Notes: generated from the letters alone by a model not told the origin. Shown: positions 24,338 to 38,232, counted from the first letter of the stretch. The stretch is DNA of 64,000 nucleotides from Callorhinchus milii (GCF_018977255.1 NW_024704743.1:36334001-36398000); one strand, 5' to 3'. Numbers and translations: made by a program.

Positions 24338-25012
24338 AGTGGGCCAAAAAGTGTCTGATTCCTGCACAGGTAAAATATCCTTCTACACTTATGTGGATAT
24401 GTGTAAATCCGGCACCAGTCCTTGTTTTTGCACTGTACAGCATCTCACAATTTATTATTAATTCTTGGGGCAACATAAAACAACCTTATTTGATGTCAAG
24501 CATAATTTTATTATTAGCCTTCGGTTGCACTCTGATCTCTGGAAAATAATTTATGTTTTATTTTTACATTTGCTTCTGACTGCTCTAGAGCACAATAATC
24601 CCATACGGATCACAACAGAGGGTACTGGACTCTAATGCCATTACTTATTGATGTTTGCCCCTCTCTGACTTCAAACACCTCTTTCATCTGCTACTCCGCC
24701 CTCGGCTCTTAAGCAGCCACACCAGAACGCATGTTTTTTAACGTCTCCAAGGAGGGTACGTGCAGTATAAAGACCATGGTTTCTAGTTTATATTGAAGCA
24801 ATCAATAATCAGTTCTACTTCATTAACCAATTACAGTTCATTGACCCAACAACATGAGGTTTGAATCCACAATCTCCTGACTCAGAGGCAAGAGTTCATT
24901 GGGCATGGGATTCTCAAAATTAACAATGATTCATACAAAATTATGCATAATTATATGTTAAATCAGATTATTATTAGTTACATTTATTTACTTGATTCTC
25001 ACAATTATTATT

Positions 25013-25142
25013 ACAACAACAACTTGTATTTATACAGAGTCCTTCATGTGGAGTGGTGCCTCAGAGTGCTTAACAGTAACAGAGCTTGACTACGAGTCAA
25101 GGAGAGAGGGGAGGCGACCGTAAGCACAGTCGAAGAAAAAGG
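25013..25142 (-). mobile_element. Older L2 3' end fragment
   Basis: (aac)n followed by ttgtatttatacagagtccttcatgtgg...cagtcgaagaaaaagg. Confidence 0.65.
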
Positions 25143-25156
25143 ACATAAATTAAATA

Positions 25157-25324
25157 CCGTGAACTCCTAATAATTCTTGTCACTACCACTTGTCTCAAGT
25201 CATCATGCTGTCAATATCCCGGTCACATTTATTTATGCATTTATACACAAGCCTAACTCGTCAATCTGGATAACTCGTCACTGAGCCCTTTTCCTTGGAG
25301 TGACGAGTTATCAGGAGTTCACTG
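25157..25324. mobile_element. Tc1/mariner-superfamily (pogo/Tigger-like) MITE
   Basis: ~27-bp imperfect TIRs (ccgtgaactcctaataattcttgtcact / agtgacgagttatcaggagttcactg), each flanked by TA. Confidence 0.8.
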
Positions 25325-27334
25325 TAGTTTGGAGCTGGGAATAGTTTACTTTCTGGATTCTATTTTGTTATAAATATCAGAACAAATGAATCACTGGAAT
25401 TGCCTTGTCTTAAAGTCTAAATAAATCATTAAATAATGTTACATTCCTCCATCACTCACATCCATATACTGGTACTTAGGTCATGGGTGGAAGCAGAAGC
25501 ATGAGCTGGGATTAACGGTCATTGTACGACCTGCTCATGCAATATTCATTTCACATGAAAATCCTCAGATAGTTGTAGCACTAAATATTCCTTGTTTATC
25601 CTACTCATTTCTGGATTTACAGAATTTCATACCAAAGCTGAGTATTGTAAAATGAGTTTATGTTCAGGCAGAGTAAATCATTTTTGTTGTAAGGTATTTT
25701 CTTCTCTCTTTGTTTGTTTATTTGTTTGTTTGTTTGATTGTTTGTTTGCTTTCTATGAATCACATATCAAACCATCATCCTGTTGCTCCATGCTCCTGTC
25801 AATATGGGAACGACCAGGAATTAGTCCTTTATATAAAAGATGATTAACATTTGGAATGGTTTTTCGGTAAAGACAAAACACAACATATTTAGGAACAAGC
25901 TCAATGTTGCAATCTTCCCATTGGTAGAGTGGTATTCTAGAAGGATATCAATTAGGTCTTCTTCATCCATACTTCTCTCGTGATGAAGTATAAAATATTT
26001 CATGACAAATTGTAATTTATTTTTTAAAATTATTGTTGGTCTAAAAAATATCCCAGTTATCAAAGCATAATTATTCTTGCGGACAGAAACGGTGTGAATG
26101 CAATTAAATGGCTAGCCTTAAAGACACGTGTGTGTGTTTTGGGATTATCCTCTTCTGATCCATTTAATATGATCACCATTAAGAGTTTAAATGGTCCATT
26201 AATCTTTATGTTTAATTTAGGATTTGTGTAGAGAGGCATAATGGGTTTCTGTTGTTTCTGCCATGATTTCTGAGTCTAGCACTCAGCTGAAGTGATCCTG
26301 ATAAAATATTTTGTATTTCCAGGCTCCGAACAGAGATGAACAACAATGTAATGGTGATGCTGCGATTGTGCTGCTGTTCAAAGTTTAGTTTTTAAAAAAT
26401 ACACACAAATACACACACAGCAATAGTATGCTACAAAGGAGTTGTCAGGCCCTATTTGAGTGTGATCAGGAGAAATGAGTGAACTGCTGAACGTGTTGTT
26501 CACTCGTAGATACAAGTCTCTACTCACCTGTCACATAATTACAATTACACATTGGAAACTACCTATCAAAGTGCAATAGCAGAATTGTAGGTAATTATGC
26601 ATGAAACCATATTAAGTAGCCTAATTGGTTGAAAAGTCTTGGCACCACAACATTTCTGTATGCCAGTGTTACTGCTGTTGGAATGGAAATATGAAGATAT
26701 GATTAATGGGATGATTTGAAGGTGGTCTTTCAAATTCAGCTTTTCAGGGATTTTTAAATCTTGTGTTTGTTGCTGCCCTTTTTATGCATGCATGTGACCT
26801 TAAAAAAACAACCCTTTTGTTTCCAAACCTTAAAAGCAACCTATGTACCTGAAGCAAAATGGGAATATGAAATCAAAGAGATTTAAACTGTTACAGCATA
26901 GAAAGCACCTTGTTATCTGCAGAAATCTAACACAAATCAGCAAAGTCGGCTCAGAAAACCTGCTGATTGTTTAGATATCACTGGGGCAACACACGAGTGA
27001 TTGAAGTGACTCAATCGGATAGCAAACAAAAATTTTTTGCATCTTACATTTTTGACTGACAAAATTAGCCTAATAAATTAAAGTCATGAAGACACATTAT
27101 CATATCTCACATACCGATGAGAGGAAATTCCACCTGTGAGATGGTAATGGACTATGGGGTCTAATTTAGAGCATTTCTCAAGGGAATCTCAATGGATTCT
27201 GAGTTGCTTAAATGGGGACACCTTCAAGTAACCAGCAGTACATCACATCTTTGTTCTTTTACCACATCCCTTGATATTTCTGTGTATCAAATATTAATCT
27301 ACCTGCATGTTAAGTATTTCAATTTCAAGAGATT

Positions 27335-27420
27335 TGGATAGCTCTTTACAAAGAGCCGGCACAGACACAATGGGCCGAATAGCCTCCTTCTGTGCTGTAT
27401 AATTCTATGATTCTTTGATT
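27335..27420 (+). mobile_element. CR1 3'UTR/tail fragment
   Basis: aagagccggcacagacacaatgggccgaatagcctccttctgtgctgtataattctatgattct matches the 3' end of the large CR1. Confidence 0.85.
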
Positions 27421-28579
27421 GACCCTCAATGTATATGAGCAAACTTGCTACTATTTCTCGTTTACTGAAGTCTATACTTACTGTAATTGTAGAAGAAGCC
27501 AAATAGTTATCAATAATTACACTTGTTCCTTTAATTGACTTGTGTTAAGATCCATCTCTTCAACCATGTCATCGGCCAATTCCCCTTCCACCCCTCCCCC
27601 AAAGCTCAGGCACCCAGACAGCTGTGTGAAGTGCTTTGAGCCATACTCTTGAAGTACTATTTAAATCTAACATTATTGCTGTTGCTATGATGTTCCTTAT
27701 GGGTGTCAGAAAATGCTCTGTGAGTTGAACAATAGAACAGTTGACTGAGGAAATGAGTGCAGAAGATAAAGCAAACCTGCTGGTGCTGCAATAACAAACT
27801 TAGTGTTTGGTATTGACTATATGATTGATTGTTGAACTTGGCAAGCCTCATTCAACAATTGATCACTTACTTTAACTTGTTTGTTAAAGTCAGATCAATT
27901 CAATAGCACTAGCATGTATTACACATGTTAGTTGCCAGCTGAGCTGCTTTGCAGAAGTGAAGAGCAACAATTGATCCCCACTTTTATCTCTTTGAGGAAG
28001 TAAGTGTGTTACAGTAGCCAACAGCAGAATAACACACAGAATCTTTTAAATGATTGTTGATTGATCTGCCAGTGGCTTTCAACCTTGTTTTATTATTGCT
28101 TTAGGATATTGAGGGTATATGATGAGACGTTTTGGGATAAGATTTATATACCTGACAACTGATAAGCAACAAAGTCATAAGTAACATAAGGCTATATCCA
28201 ACATTGGATCTCAATATCAACTCGCGTTTATTTATATCCCATATAAAGTAAAGAATTGGAAGTAATAAATGTTCTATGGCAATTTTAACTGCATGGGGTA
28301 AAATTAAATCAATGCATGCGAGTTGCAGTGCTTCCAGTAATGTTACTGGGAAAATGTCTGCTTTTTAACAGTATGCTGATTATGAACTATGATTTGATCT
28401 AGAAATATTTTCCTGAGCTCACATGGTGTGAACTGTTTAACTCTATAGTGTATATCAATCTTGTTTTCGAATCAAGGGTAAAATTTATACTGTATTTGCT
28501 TTCTATTGATATTAGACTGGTAAATAGAGAAACTCACCTACTAAGCAAGCATCCTATCACCCCAATCCTCAAACAACTT

Positions 28580-29060
28580 CAACAACAACAGCAACAACAA
28601 GATTACATTTGTGTAGCGCCTTTCACGTCGGAAGAATGTCCCAAGGTGCTGGACAGAGTACAGCATTTCAGACCCGAGCTGGAGTTGGTGGGGGGAAGGG
28701 AGGGGAGGGGAAGAAGGGTGGCCGATAGCATGGTCGAAGAGGAGGGTCTTGAGGAGGGACTTGAAGGAGGCTAAGGAGGGGGCGAGGCGGAGTGAGTGGG
28801 GGATGGAATTCCAGAGGTTGGGGGCAGAGTGGCTGAAGGTTCTCCCGCCAATGGTGGGGCGGTGGAGCGGGGGACGTGGAGCGGGACAGAGCCGGCTGAG
28901 CGGAGGCAACGGGCGGGTTGGTAGGGGGTTAGGAGGTCGCAGAGGTAGGGTGGGGCGAGGCCATGGAAGGCTTTGTATGTGAGGACCAGGATCTTGAACT
29001 GGATCCTCTGAAGGATAGGGAGCCAGTGAGGTAGTGGCGGAGTCGGGCGATGTTACGGAG
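28580..29060 (-). mobile_element. 5'-truncated L2 with internal deletion
   Basis: IGGRTFSHSAPNLWNSIP...FKSLLKTLLFD and (gtt)n tail; LRNIARLRH is joined directly to HWLP. Confidence 0.9.
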
Positions 29061-30767
29061 CACCAACCACCAGTGGATCAAATTCAAGATCCTTGTCCTC
29101 ACATTCAAATCTCTCCATGTTCTCAGCCCTCCCTAATTCTGTAAACAGCTGTGTCATCACCCCTCCAGCGAACAGCAGCTTGCTTCACCTCCCCCATACC
29201 ACCCACCCCACGTTCATGGGAAAGCCTTCAGCCATTCTACACTTATAGAGCACCCTCCACACAGAGTAGCATCTCAGAGCGCTTAAATGCCCATGACGCT
29301 CACCCATGCAAGACCTTTCCGATGATATATAAATCATGTCTCTATGTCAATCAGTTATTGCGTTCTTGGAGGAACGCACAGGCACACACTTACACACACA
29401 CACACAGACATTTTGTCTTTATTAGTATAGATTGTTGAGATGTCTCAAAGCACCTCACACAAAAATCACATTCTCTTATAAAAACACATTGTAACTTTTT
29501 TTTAATGCTCAATCATATCAATAAGCTATAGTGCAGTACTAAATCTGTGGATCATTTTCAGCAACTTAAAAAGGATTGAAAGCCCAAACCTTGGATCTCA
29601 AAGAGTATTAGCCTCACTATCAGAATGAAGTTACAATATTTATGTGGACAAAGTTTATGAGCAACTTTAAACTCAAAGCTATAAATTATAGCAATTACAC
29701 AAATTGGTTGTCATACAGGCCTGTAGGCTGCTCACACTGTGGACATTATCACAGTGTCACATTGATGTCACATTATCGAAACATCATGCACAGCCAGAAA
29801 AACGAATTTCCCACTTAACTCTGTGATTCCTAAACAGTGAGATATGTTACTGAGCAGCAGATTAATTCTCCCTGCCAATAACAAAATACATCGCTCACTT
29901 GGAAATGTTCAATTTCTGTACCGACTACAAGATGTGGGCTGGGTTCAGGGTTAAAGGGAATGTGGAGAAAAGTCAGAGAAAGTAGTATAAAAACAATTAA
30001 ATGAGCAGTAATCAACACAGTGCAGTTACCTTCATGGCACCAGGGGAATTGGTGACAGTATTAATAGGACAAACTAGTCTGGCTAATTTGCTCTATAGTC
30101 CAAATGCCATTATTGCAATAAGGGATTAAACAGAACCACATTCAAAACAGAGTTTGGGTTGCCTGCCTCTTATGGAAATTAAGAGTAAATGAAGTGCTGG
30201 CAGTTTAGACGTGCTATGTGCTCACGAAGGACTGCAGAGAAGCCCCAATTAGCAAAACTCTGTAAAATGGATTTGAAATTATGCAGGATAAAGTTTACAG
30301 ATAACATTTTAAAATTTTAAAATCTGAAAACTATTCAGCATTAAAATTATAGTGAACAATCTTTTGAGACAACTCATTGATTTTTGTTAGAACAAAAATC
30401 AAAATCAATAGACCTTGTATTCATAGTTCCTTTACGTGGAAAGGGGGTTGATTGTGACAATTTTAAATGATCACATTGACAATTAAAACTGGAAGGAAGT
30501 AGAGTTTTTTTCAAGATGACTAGACCCTAAAAGTTGGGATACAACATTCTGATATGGGATGATATCCAGCGCCTTAGGACTTCCTCCCTATGTGAAAGGT
30601 GCTCTACTTATTGTTGTTGTAGTTGTTGATGTTGTTTTTGTTATTGTTGTTGACTGTGAATGTTAAAACCACTTTAGACAGTCATGTAACAATAAGTATG
30701 TTCACTTACCACTCAAGTAGAACCCTGGACGCCACAAATCATTCCTGCATGGTTCACGACAAGTTGT

Positions 30768-31368
30768 GTCACATCAAGGTTCGATTACGGGAACTCCCTC
30801 CTCATCGGCCTTCCCAACTCTTCCCTTCACAAGCTGCAGATCATCCAAAACTCTGCAGCTCATGCACTCTCACACACCAGGCTCCGTGACCCCATCACTC
30901 CCACCCTCGCCCGACTCCACTGGCTCCCCATCCCCCAAGGGTCGAGTTCAAGATCCTTGTCCTCATCTTTAAGGCCATCCATGGCCTTGCCCCTTTCTAC
31001 TTCTCTGACCTGCTGACTCCCTACCAACCTGCCTGCTCCCTCCGTTCAGCGGGCTCCGGCCTGCTCCATGTCTCCTGCCTGACCCGCCCTACCATCGGTG
31101 GCCGGGCTTTCAGCCTCTTTGCCCCCACACTCTGGAACTCCATCCCTTGGTCCCTTCACCTCGCTTCCTCCCTTGCCTCCTTCAAGGCCAATCTCAAGAC
31201 TCTTCTCTTCGACCGTGCCTTTGGTCTCCCTCCCACCTCTCTGCCTTCCCTCACACCTACACCACCCCGCCCCCATGCTCGGGCCCCGACACCTGACTGT
31301 TCAGCTCTTTGGGACGTCCTCCCGACGTGAAAGGTGCTCTATAACTGTAATTTTGTTGTTGTTGTTGT
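30768..31368 (+). mobile_element. 5'-truncated L2
   Basis: ORF2 C-terminus (HWLP, FKILVL, GGRAFS, LWNS), C-rich 3'UTR and (ttg)n tail. Confidence 0.92.
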
Positions 31369-31592
31369 AAAGCATTGCCACCTGCCATTTGTGTCTCATG
31401 TGACCATTTATACACAATAAGCACCCACAGTCGGTGTGATTCTGCCCTATCATGTTCTAGTTCTATTACAGTATATACTTGTCACCTGGTCACAAACCTT
31501 AGTATCAATAGCAAATTGTTTAGTATTACATCCTTCATAACACACCTGAATATTGTGAAGAGCAGAAGATGTGGGACACTCAAAATTGCACT

Positions 31593-31786
31593 TAGCCTTT
31601 AAGACTATTTTGTGTTCAAATTTAAGATTGTGTAGAATTGTAGAAAATTCTTCAACTCCGTCTTCATTTGGAAACTAATTTGGTTTAACAACTGATTCAA
31701 GCCGACTTCCAAATTATGATTCTATTTAAGAATTTTCTATAATTCTATGCAATCTTAAATTTCGAAACAAAATGGTTTACAGGTTA
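31593..31786. mobile_element. Palindromic MITE-like element
   Basis: 46-bp imperfect inverted arms at 31607-31652 and 31728-31773 plus inner atttggaa/ttccaaat; related end sequences near 54005-54067 and 50550-50600. Confidence 0.7.
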
Positions 31787-31865
31787 TGACTGGGTGCAGT
31801 TTCTGTTTTATGGAGCTAATATCTGCAACAACAACAATTGCATTTATATAGCTTCATATAGCAGT

Positions 31866-32982
31866 AAACGGCTTCTCCTCCAGCCCCTGCACCGTCTCGT
31901 GCGGTGTTCCTCAGGGCTCTGTCCTCGGTCCCCCTCTTCACTCTCTACATGCCTTGGTGACATGATTCGTAGACATGGGGTAAATTTCTACATGTATGCG
32001 GATGACACTCTATCTCTCTGCCTCCACCTTGAACTCCAGGACTACTGACTTCCTGACCGACTGCCTGTCCGACATCAAGTCCTGGACGAAGGCCAACTTT
32101 CTCCAACTCAAAGTCAGCAAGACTGAAGCCCTCCTGATTGGCTTGTGCCAGCACCTCCGCACCTCAGGTGGTGACAGTATCAGCCTCCACGGCTGCACAC
32201 TCAACCTCACTGAGCCAGTCAGGAACCTGGGTATCTTGTTTGACCCTGAACTGTCCTTTCTCCCCCACATCCGCGCCATGACCGGCACTGCCTACCACCA
32301 CCTCCGCAACATTGCCGCATACATGCTCTGCCTTTCCCCCCCTCTGCAACCGGCTCCCCGCCAGCTCCACCACTGTCTCACACCGCAGGCCGCCGAAACG
32401 CTCATATACGCATTCATAATATCCAGGCTTGACGATGCAAACTCCCTGCTTGTCGACCTCCCCAACTCCTCCCTCCATAGGCTGCAGATAATCCTGAACT
32501 CTGCAGCATATGTCCTCTCCCAGACTCCGTGACCCTATCACCCCATCCTCGCCCGATCTCCACTGGCTTCTCATCACACAGAGGACAACGTTCAAGATCC
32601 TGGTCCTCATCTTTAAATCCCTCCATTGTCTTGCTCCCTCCTACCTCTGCAACCTCCTCGCCCCCTATCATCATGCCCGCTCTCTCTGCTCAGCAGGCTC
32701 CAGCTTGCTTTACATCCCCTGCCTTGCCCACCCCACCATTGGTAGGGCCCTCTGGAATTCCATCCTGCAGTTCCTCTGCCTCACCCCCTCCCTTGTCTCC
32801 TTCAAGACCCATCTCAAGGCCCTCCTCTTCAGCCATGCTTTCGATCTCCCTGCTTCCCCCCACCCTCCACCCTCCCCAATCCCAACCCCCAGCTCAAGTA
32901 CGAAACACTGACTGTCCAGCGCCTTGGGACATCCTCCCGATGTGAAAGGTGCTATACAAACGTAATTTGGTTCTTGTTGTTT
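31866..32982 (+). mobile_element. 5'-truncated L2 (RT C-terminal part to 3' end)
   Basis: GVPQG, YADD, CLSDIKSW, NFLQLKVSKTE, RNLGILFD, ISRLD, HWL; L2 tail. Confidence 0.93.
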
Positions 32983-35384
32983 TTTGGACAAGCTGCAAAA
33001 TTTACATATTTGAAAAGATCTGACAGTTCAGTTTCAGAGGTGTGTGACTTCAATCTGTACCAGTGGGAAACAGGCCCCGTTCCCTCGTACTATTGCCATT
33101 GATTGCTCAAATGTTCAGGTTCACTCATGGGATGAAAATCCGACTCAACAGCAGGCAGCTGTGTATCCTCTCTGTCCAATTTATTCTGTGCCAATTAGTT
33201 TGTGTGCACTTCTGGACTTCAATTCAAAGTGTGAAGCAATTCATCATAGCTGTCAATGCCTGAAGTGTATTTATTAACGTGTATTGTTGTTATACAACTA
33301 ATAAAGGCACATCTGAGATGCTCTGTAACAACTATGGCGTTTAAGCAACTTTACTTCCATAGAGTGACTCTCAAACAAAGCACTACGGTTAGTGCACACC
33401 TATCAGGAGTAACTGCACCAAGAGGAATTTTGAAAGTGTTTCTTTATTCTCATGTATTTGCCACTTAATGCACACCAGTGGGTTATGTCGGGCAGGTTAT
33501 GACATTACTGTCTAAGCAGGTGATGAGAACTTGCTCAGCCAGTCGACTTCAGAAACATACATCAAAGGTTAACCTGGTCTTCAAAATCATTTAAAGGACC
33601 TTTTTGTTTTTAATTTACTCATGTGGAGTCATAAACTAGTTGATTTATTTCCATGCTGTAATAGTCCTAAGTATTTCCATGTAACTGGGTTTCCTCCTCC
33701 AACATAGACAGTGGGACCCAGGAGAAGTCACTTTTGTTAATAAAACAAGAATTGATAGATAGAAGTTATTGTTAGTTAATAGATTAGTTTAAATAGATTA
33801 GATGAATTATATATCTAATTTAAACTATTCTATCTATTAATCTCTAAATTCCTATGCAGTCTATAATATATATTATATGACCCCCACCCCATCCAGGTTA
33901 AGTGGATGCTTGTGGCTGAACCTTCCAGTAATGGTATCAGTTGTTCTGAGGCTTAAGACCTGCATTAAGAAGCATTATACTGCATTATACTTTCAGAGAC
34001 ATTTTCTGGTACACAGAAGAAACACAACTCACAATGGGTCCAGCACAGTGGACCAGGAATTGATAGTGAAACATATAAGATCTCAGATGGGCCAAGAGAT
34101 TGTGGAAAACCTGGAAAAGACCCATGCAGTCCATCTGGCCTTCCTAATGTAACAATAAAAAAAATCCTTAAATTTGATATATCACTTTCCACGTTGAGAG
34201 GACATCTCACAGGATATACTGTAAAGTGTAATAACTGGGTATTCTTTAGGTAAAATTTTAAAAAATCTCAGTTAGGTGAAATTTGCAATTTTTGATAACA
34301 CATTCCTTGTGATAACTAGCATAAGCAATGCATTATGAAACACTATAAATGTCACTTTCATCTCTCTTACAGCTCAATTGATTTATTCATCAAAAAGCTA
34401 TTTAATTCCCCCTTGAATTTTCTGACACAATATTCCTCCATCATCTTGTTTGGGTAGTCTATTCCACAGACTCACTATTCAATGCGCTAAGAAATTAAAT
34501 CATAAATAATAATAATAATAATTGGTATAATGCCTTATCACATCTTTGAGACATCTCAAAACACTACACAGAATATACTGTAAAGTGAATTGATCGTATA
34601 TTTTGTGGGCGAAATCTAAACCTCTTTTCATCTTCTGAGGAGTAGGAGTTCCGTGCCAAGCAGAGACCCAGAAGGTTGGCCTGAGACATGCGAGGGAACC
34701 TACAAGATCTGCTGTTCACAAATCCTTATCTAATTATTCTTTCAACAATCCTTATCACAATTGCACCCAAATCTCCTAAATGTGTTGATGTGGACCAAGT
34801 GCTATTTTGCTCCACATGCAACCTTTTAGCAAATTTCATCACTGTACACTGATAAATATTTAATGCAACCTTAAAGTATAAATAAACACACTTATTACAT
34901 GTGAAATTTAATTAGACTGAAAATAGCATTGGTCATTTTATAAGTGCACAAATGGATGAAGCAGAGTAGCACTCGCCCCACCATCAATGGATTTATTCCA
35001 TTAAATGAATGGACCAAAATGATCCCCAATTTGCCTCAATCCTGTCTTCAGAAGACAAGATGCCTTCCTAGCCACACCAATGTGAACTTTCTATTTGCCT
35101 TATCAACCATCTTTGTAGCCTCCTTGAATGAGAATATCAATCTACTGCAATCAACTGTAAAGTCAATTCACTTTACAATATATTCTGTGAATCACTTTTA
35201 GACGTCTCAGTGATGTGATAAGGCACTATATCAAATGCAAGAATTATTATTGTTCTTATTAATAAAACTGTGACATGGAATCAAGCTGCCTTGGAGTTAG
35301 GTTGTGTTACCTACTCTCATTTCATTTAGGATAGTTACCACCAATGGAGAGATGTTCAATATCAACAACATCACCATCCATCTA

Positions 35385-35854
35385 CAGGGTGACCAAAAAG
35401 TCATGATACATTACAATAATAATCCTTGCATTTGATATAGCTCTTATTACGTCTTCGAGATGTCTCAAAGCACTTCAAAGAATATACTGTAAATTGAATT
35501 GACTGTATATTTTGTGGGCAAAATGCAGTGTCCTATAAACAGTCATAGATTGAAGTGACCAATTTATTATTATAATTTTTTTGAAGGAATTATTACCCCC
35601 GGAAAAGCGATCTGCCAATTGACTAACAACCAGGTTCCTACTTACTGCTATGTAAACAGAGGCGTGTGGAGTAAGGAAACTTGCCTAACATTTCGCCCTG
35701 CTGGGAATCGGACTCAGGTCTCGCTTGCGTGGCGTGGAAAGTGTTCTAAACACTGAGCTACAGAACTCCACATTTCACAGTCTACAATGTCTAATACTAC
35801 ATTCTCCAATGTGTAATAATATTTACATAATAGGGTGACTTTTTGGTCACCCTA
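35385..35854. mobile_element. Tc1/mariner-type MITE (~115 bp) carrying a nested SINE
   Basis: TA|cagggtgaccaaaaagtca ... tgactttttggtcacccta|TA. Confidence 0.8.
35415..35769 (-). mobile_element. tRNA-Ala SINE, long subtype
   Basis: Head, central block and tail are all present on the minus strand. Confidence 0.9.
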
Positions 35855-36839
35855 TATATAGAACATCTTTTAGGTTGGAAAACATTCAAAGTGTTTCACA
35901 AAAGTGGAGTAGGAGTCCAAATGGGTGAAAGAGAGGGGGAAAGAGGGAGATGCCTGAAAATGCAGTCAAAGAGGTAGGTTTAGTGAGAGAGCTCCAGAGA
36001 GTGGGTGCAAAGTAGCTGAAACCGCATCCCTTGATGATGGGGCAAGAAGGTAGAGGTAATGGAGCAGGTCTAAGTTATCAGAGTGGGTGGCATTAAGACT
36101 GCAGGGAAATTACAGAGGGGGCAAGGGTATGGAGGTACTTGAAATTTAGAACAAAAAGCACATAGTTAATCTCTGAGTTAGATTCACACCCAGACCTCTG
36201 AGATGAAAAAAGGAGCCCTAACAACAACGCACAATTTTCAGAGCACCCGAAGGTATGTCTTCTTTATTAATTTTGCTTAAACATAAGTTAGTTTAATTAC
36301 ATTCTAAAATGTTAATTTAAGCAAGGCAATGGCTTTATGTGGTGCACCAAATGAATACACTTACTTCTATAATTTTCCTTTGGTTTAATTCTGCATAATG
36401 TGCATAGATGCATCATGCCTACAACAAGCTAGGTAGAGAAGTATGTATGTCTCTATTTCATATGTCCTCTGATGGATATCAGTAGAAATCAATAGAACAA
36501 CCTCATAATACAGTAGATTTCAGGATACAATCTCACATTTAAAAGCTGCACTGATATTTTATCAGATCACTTTCTCTCCACAAAGAGTAGGAAAATGGGT
36601 TTAAGATTATGTATTGATCTTAGAGATTACTCCCACACTATCTATGTCAATAGGTTTTGAGATGTTCTCTCATGTGAAAGACGCTGCAATACATAAGTAC
36701 AAATTGTTACTGTTGTTAGTTGGTTGATTCAAACTGTGTAACATTAAACAATATTAAATCTTCAAAACTGTGCTAGTGATTTGCTGTAGAGTCAGAACAA
36801 TGTTTGTTTCCATTGTGCTGAATTGTATTTATAATAAAA

Positions 36840-37265
36840 ATAATAATACAAATAATATTTGAAATAACACCTTATCAGATCATCAAAATATCTGAAAGCA
36901 CTTTACAAGATTTACTGCAGTTTTGTGACTGTGCATTTGTAGATGAATGTGACAAACAGTTTGCACAAAGGAACGTCCCACAATCAGCCATGAAGTGAAT
37001 CTGAAGGATCACTGACTAGGACACTAAGATAAACTCTATTCTCTTTTCAAATAGTGCCATGGCATCTTCAACATTTATCTGAACAGGCAGAGAAGACCTC
37101 AGTTTAAATCTAATCTGAAAGATGGCATCTCCAACAATGCAGGGCTCCTCATGCACTGCCCCTGACTGTCAACCTAGATTATCAGATCAAAGTTGTGACA
37201 TGGAGCTCCAACCCACAACTTTTCTGATTTATAGACAAGAGTGCTACCAACTAAGCCAGGCTGAG
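36840..37265 (-). mobile_element. Old Deu-domain SINE
   Basis: Reverse complement has head cagcctggcttagttggtagcactcttgtc, Deu core and tail. Confidence 0.8.
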
Positions 37266-37744
37266 TTTACAGTTAAATATGTTGAGTGACTATAGAGAAT
37301 AGTTTGGGATATTGGAGCATTTTAGGTTTACAGTACTTCAGAGCAGGATTCAAGGAAAAGATTATTTGAGTACTTATACAAATTAGTGTAATTTATAAAC
37401 CGCATGTGATAATGTAGAAAAAAGATCAATTTTGATGGCTCATTTTAAAGCTACTGGAACCCTGGATAAATATTGCAGATAAGGTAGAATTTAAAGAGCT
37501 ATGTGACAGTAATGAATTGGAAATGGGTTGGTTATATTCTTTCCACAATTCACTCTGGGACAGATGATCGATTCTTTTATGTTTCAAACTTGTAATGAGA
37601 AATCACATCTTAGAAATTCAATATTAGTGTTGAGCAATAAAGTTGTAGTTGGGTCAGTGGGGAAAGGTTTTCAATCTGCTGGAAAGTTTTTGTTTCCTTG
37701 AGTCACTCTTGGCTGAAGATCAACTAGCGAACATCTCTGTCCCG

Positions 37745-38150
37745 TTTTTTTGGTCAGCTGGGAGTCTGACACATGCAGAAACCCATCACCATGCTTCAGA
37801 GTATCCAAACCATTGTATTTCCATGTATCCCACCACACATGGAAATTCCTGAAATGTTTATTGGAATGGAATGCGCCCTCTCTCCCTGAAGGGACACATC
37901 CTGCTTACCTGATTCCGGAAAGTATTAGGCTCAAGTTGAACAGGCTTGAGGATCCCAGAGTGTGTATTAGGGTACTGCTGGAGTCTGACCAGCTAAAACA
38001 ACATGGCATGCAATTGAAAGTAATGCCTAGCAAAATTTCCTGCTGCTTATCCAGCTAGGATAGCTACTTATTAAGGCTTTGGTTTGCAGGCTTAATGGGA
38101 GCTGAGTGGGAAGAGTCCCTGCCCCCAGTGACTGTCACTTCATCAGCAGC
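37745..38150 (-). repeat. Unnamed ~470-bp dispersed repeat, copy B
   Basis: Reverse complement is colinear with 47430-47900; T-run at 37745. Confidence 0.8.
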
Positions 38151-38232
38151 TTTGAAGCTCTGAACTTCTCCTCTAGCCCTACTCAGTGTCTGCCCGGGCA
38201 CTGTAAAGTGCTCCAAGACTTCATCCTACATG

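Noticed and set aside
25821..26063. 80-aa ORF with DEEDLIDILL, echoing EDEDLIDKLL near 6090
   Set aside because: Short chance similarity; no splice support or family recognition.
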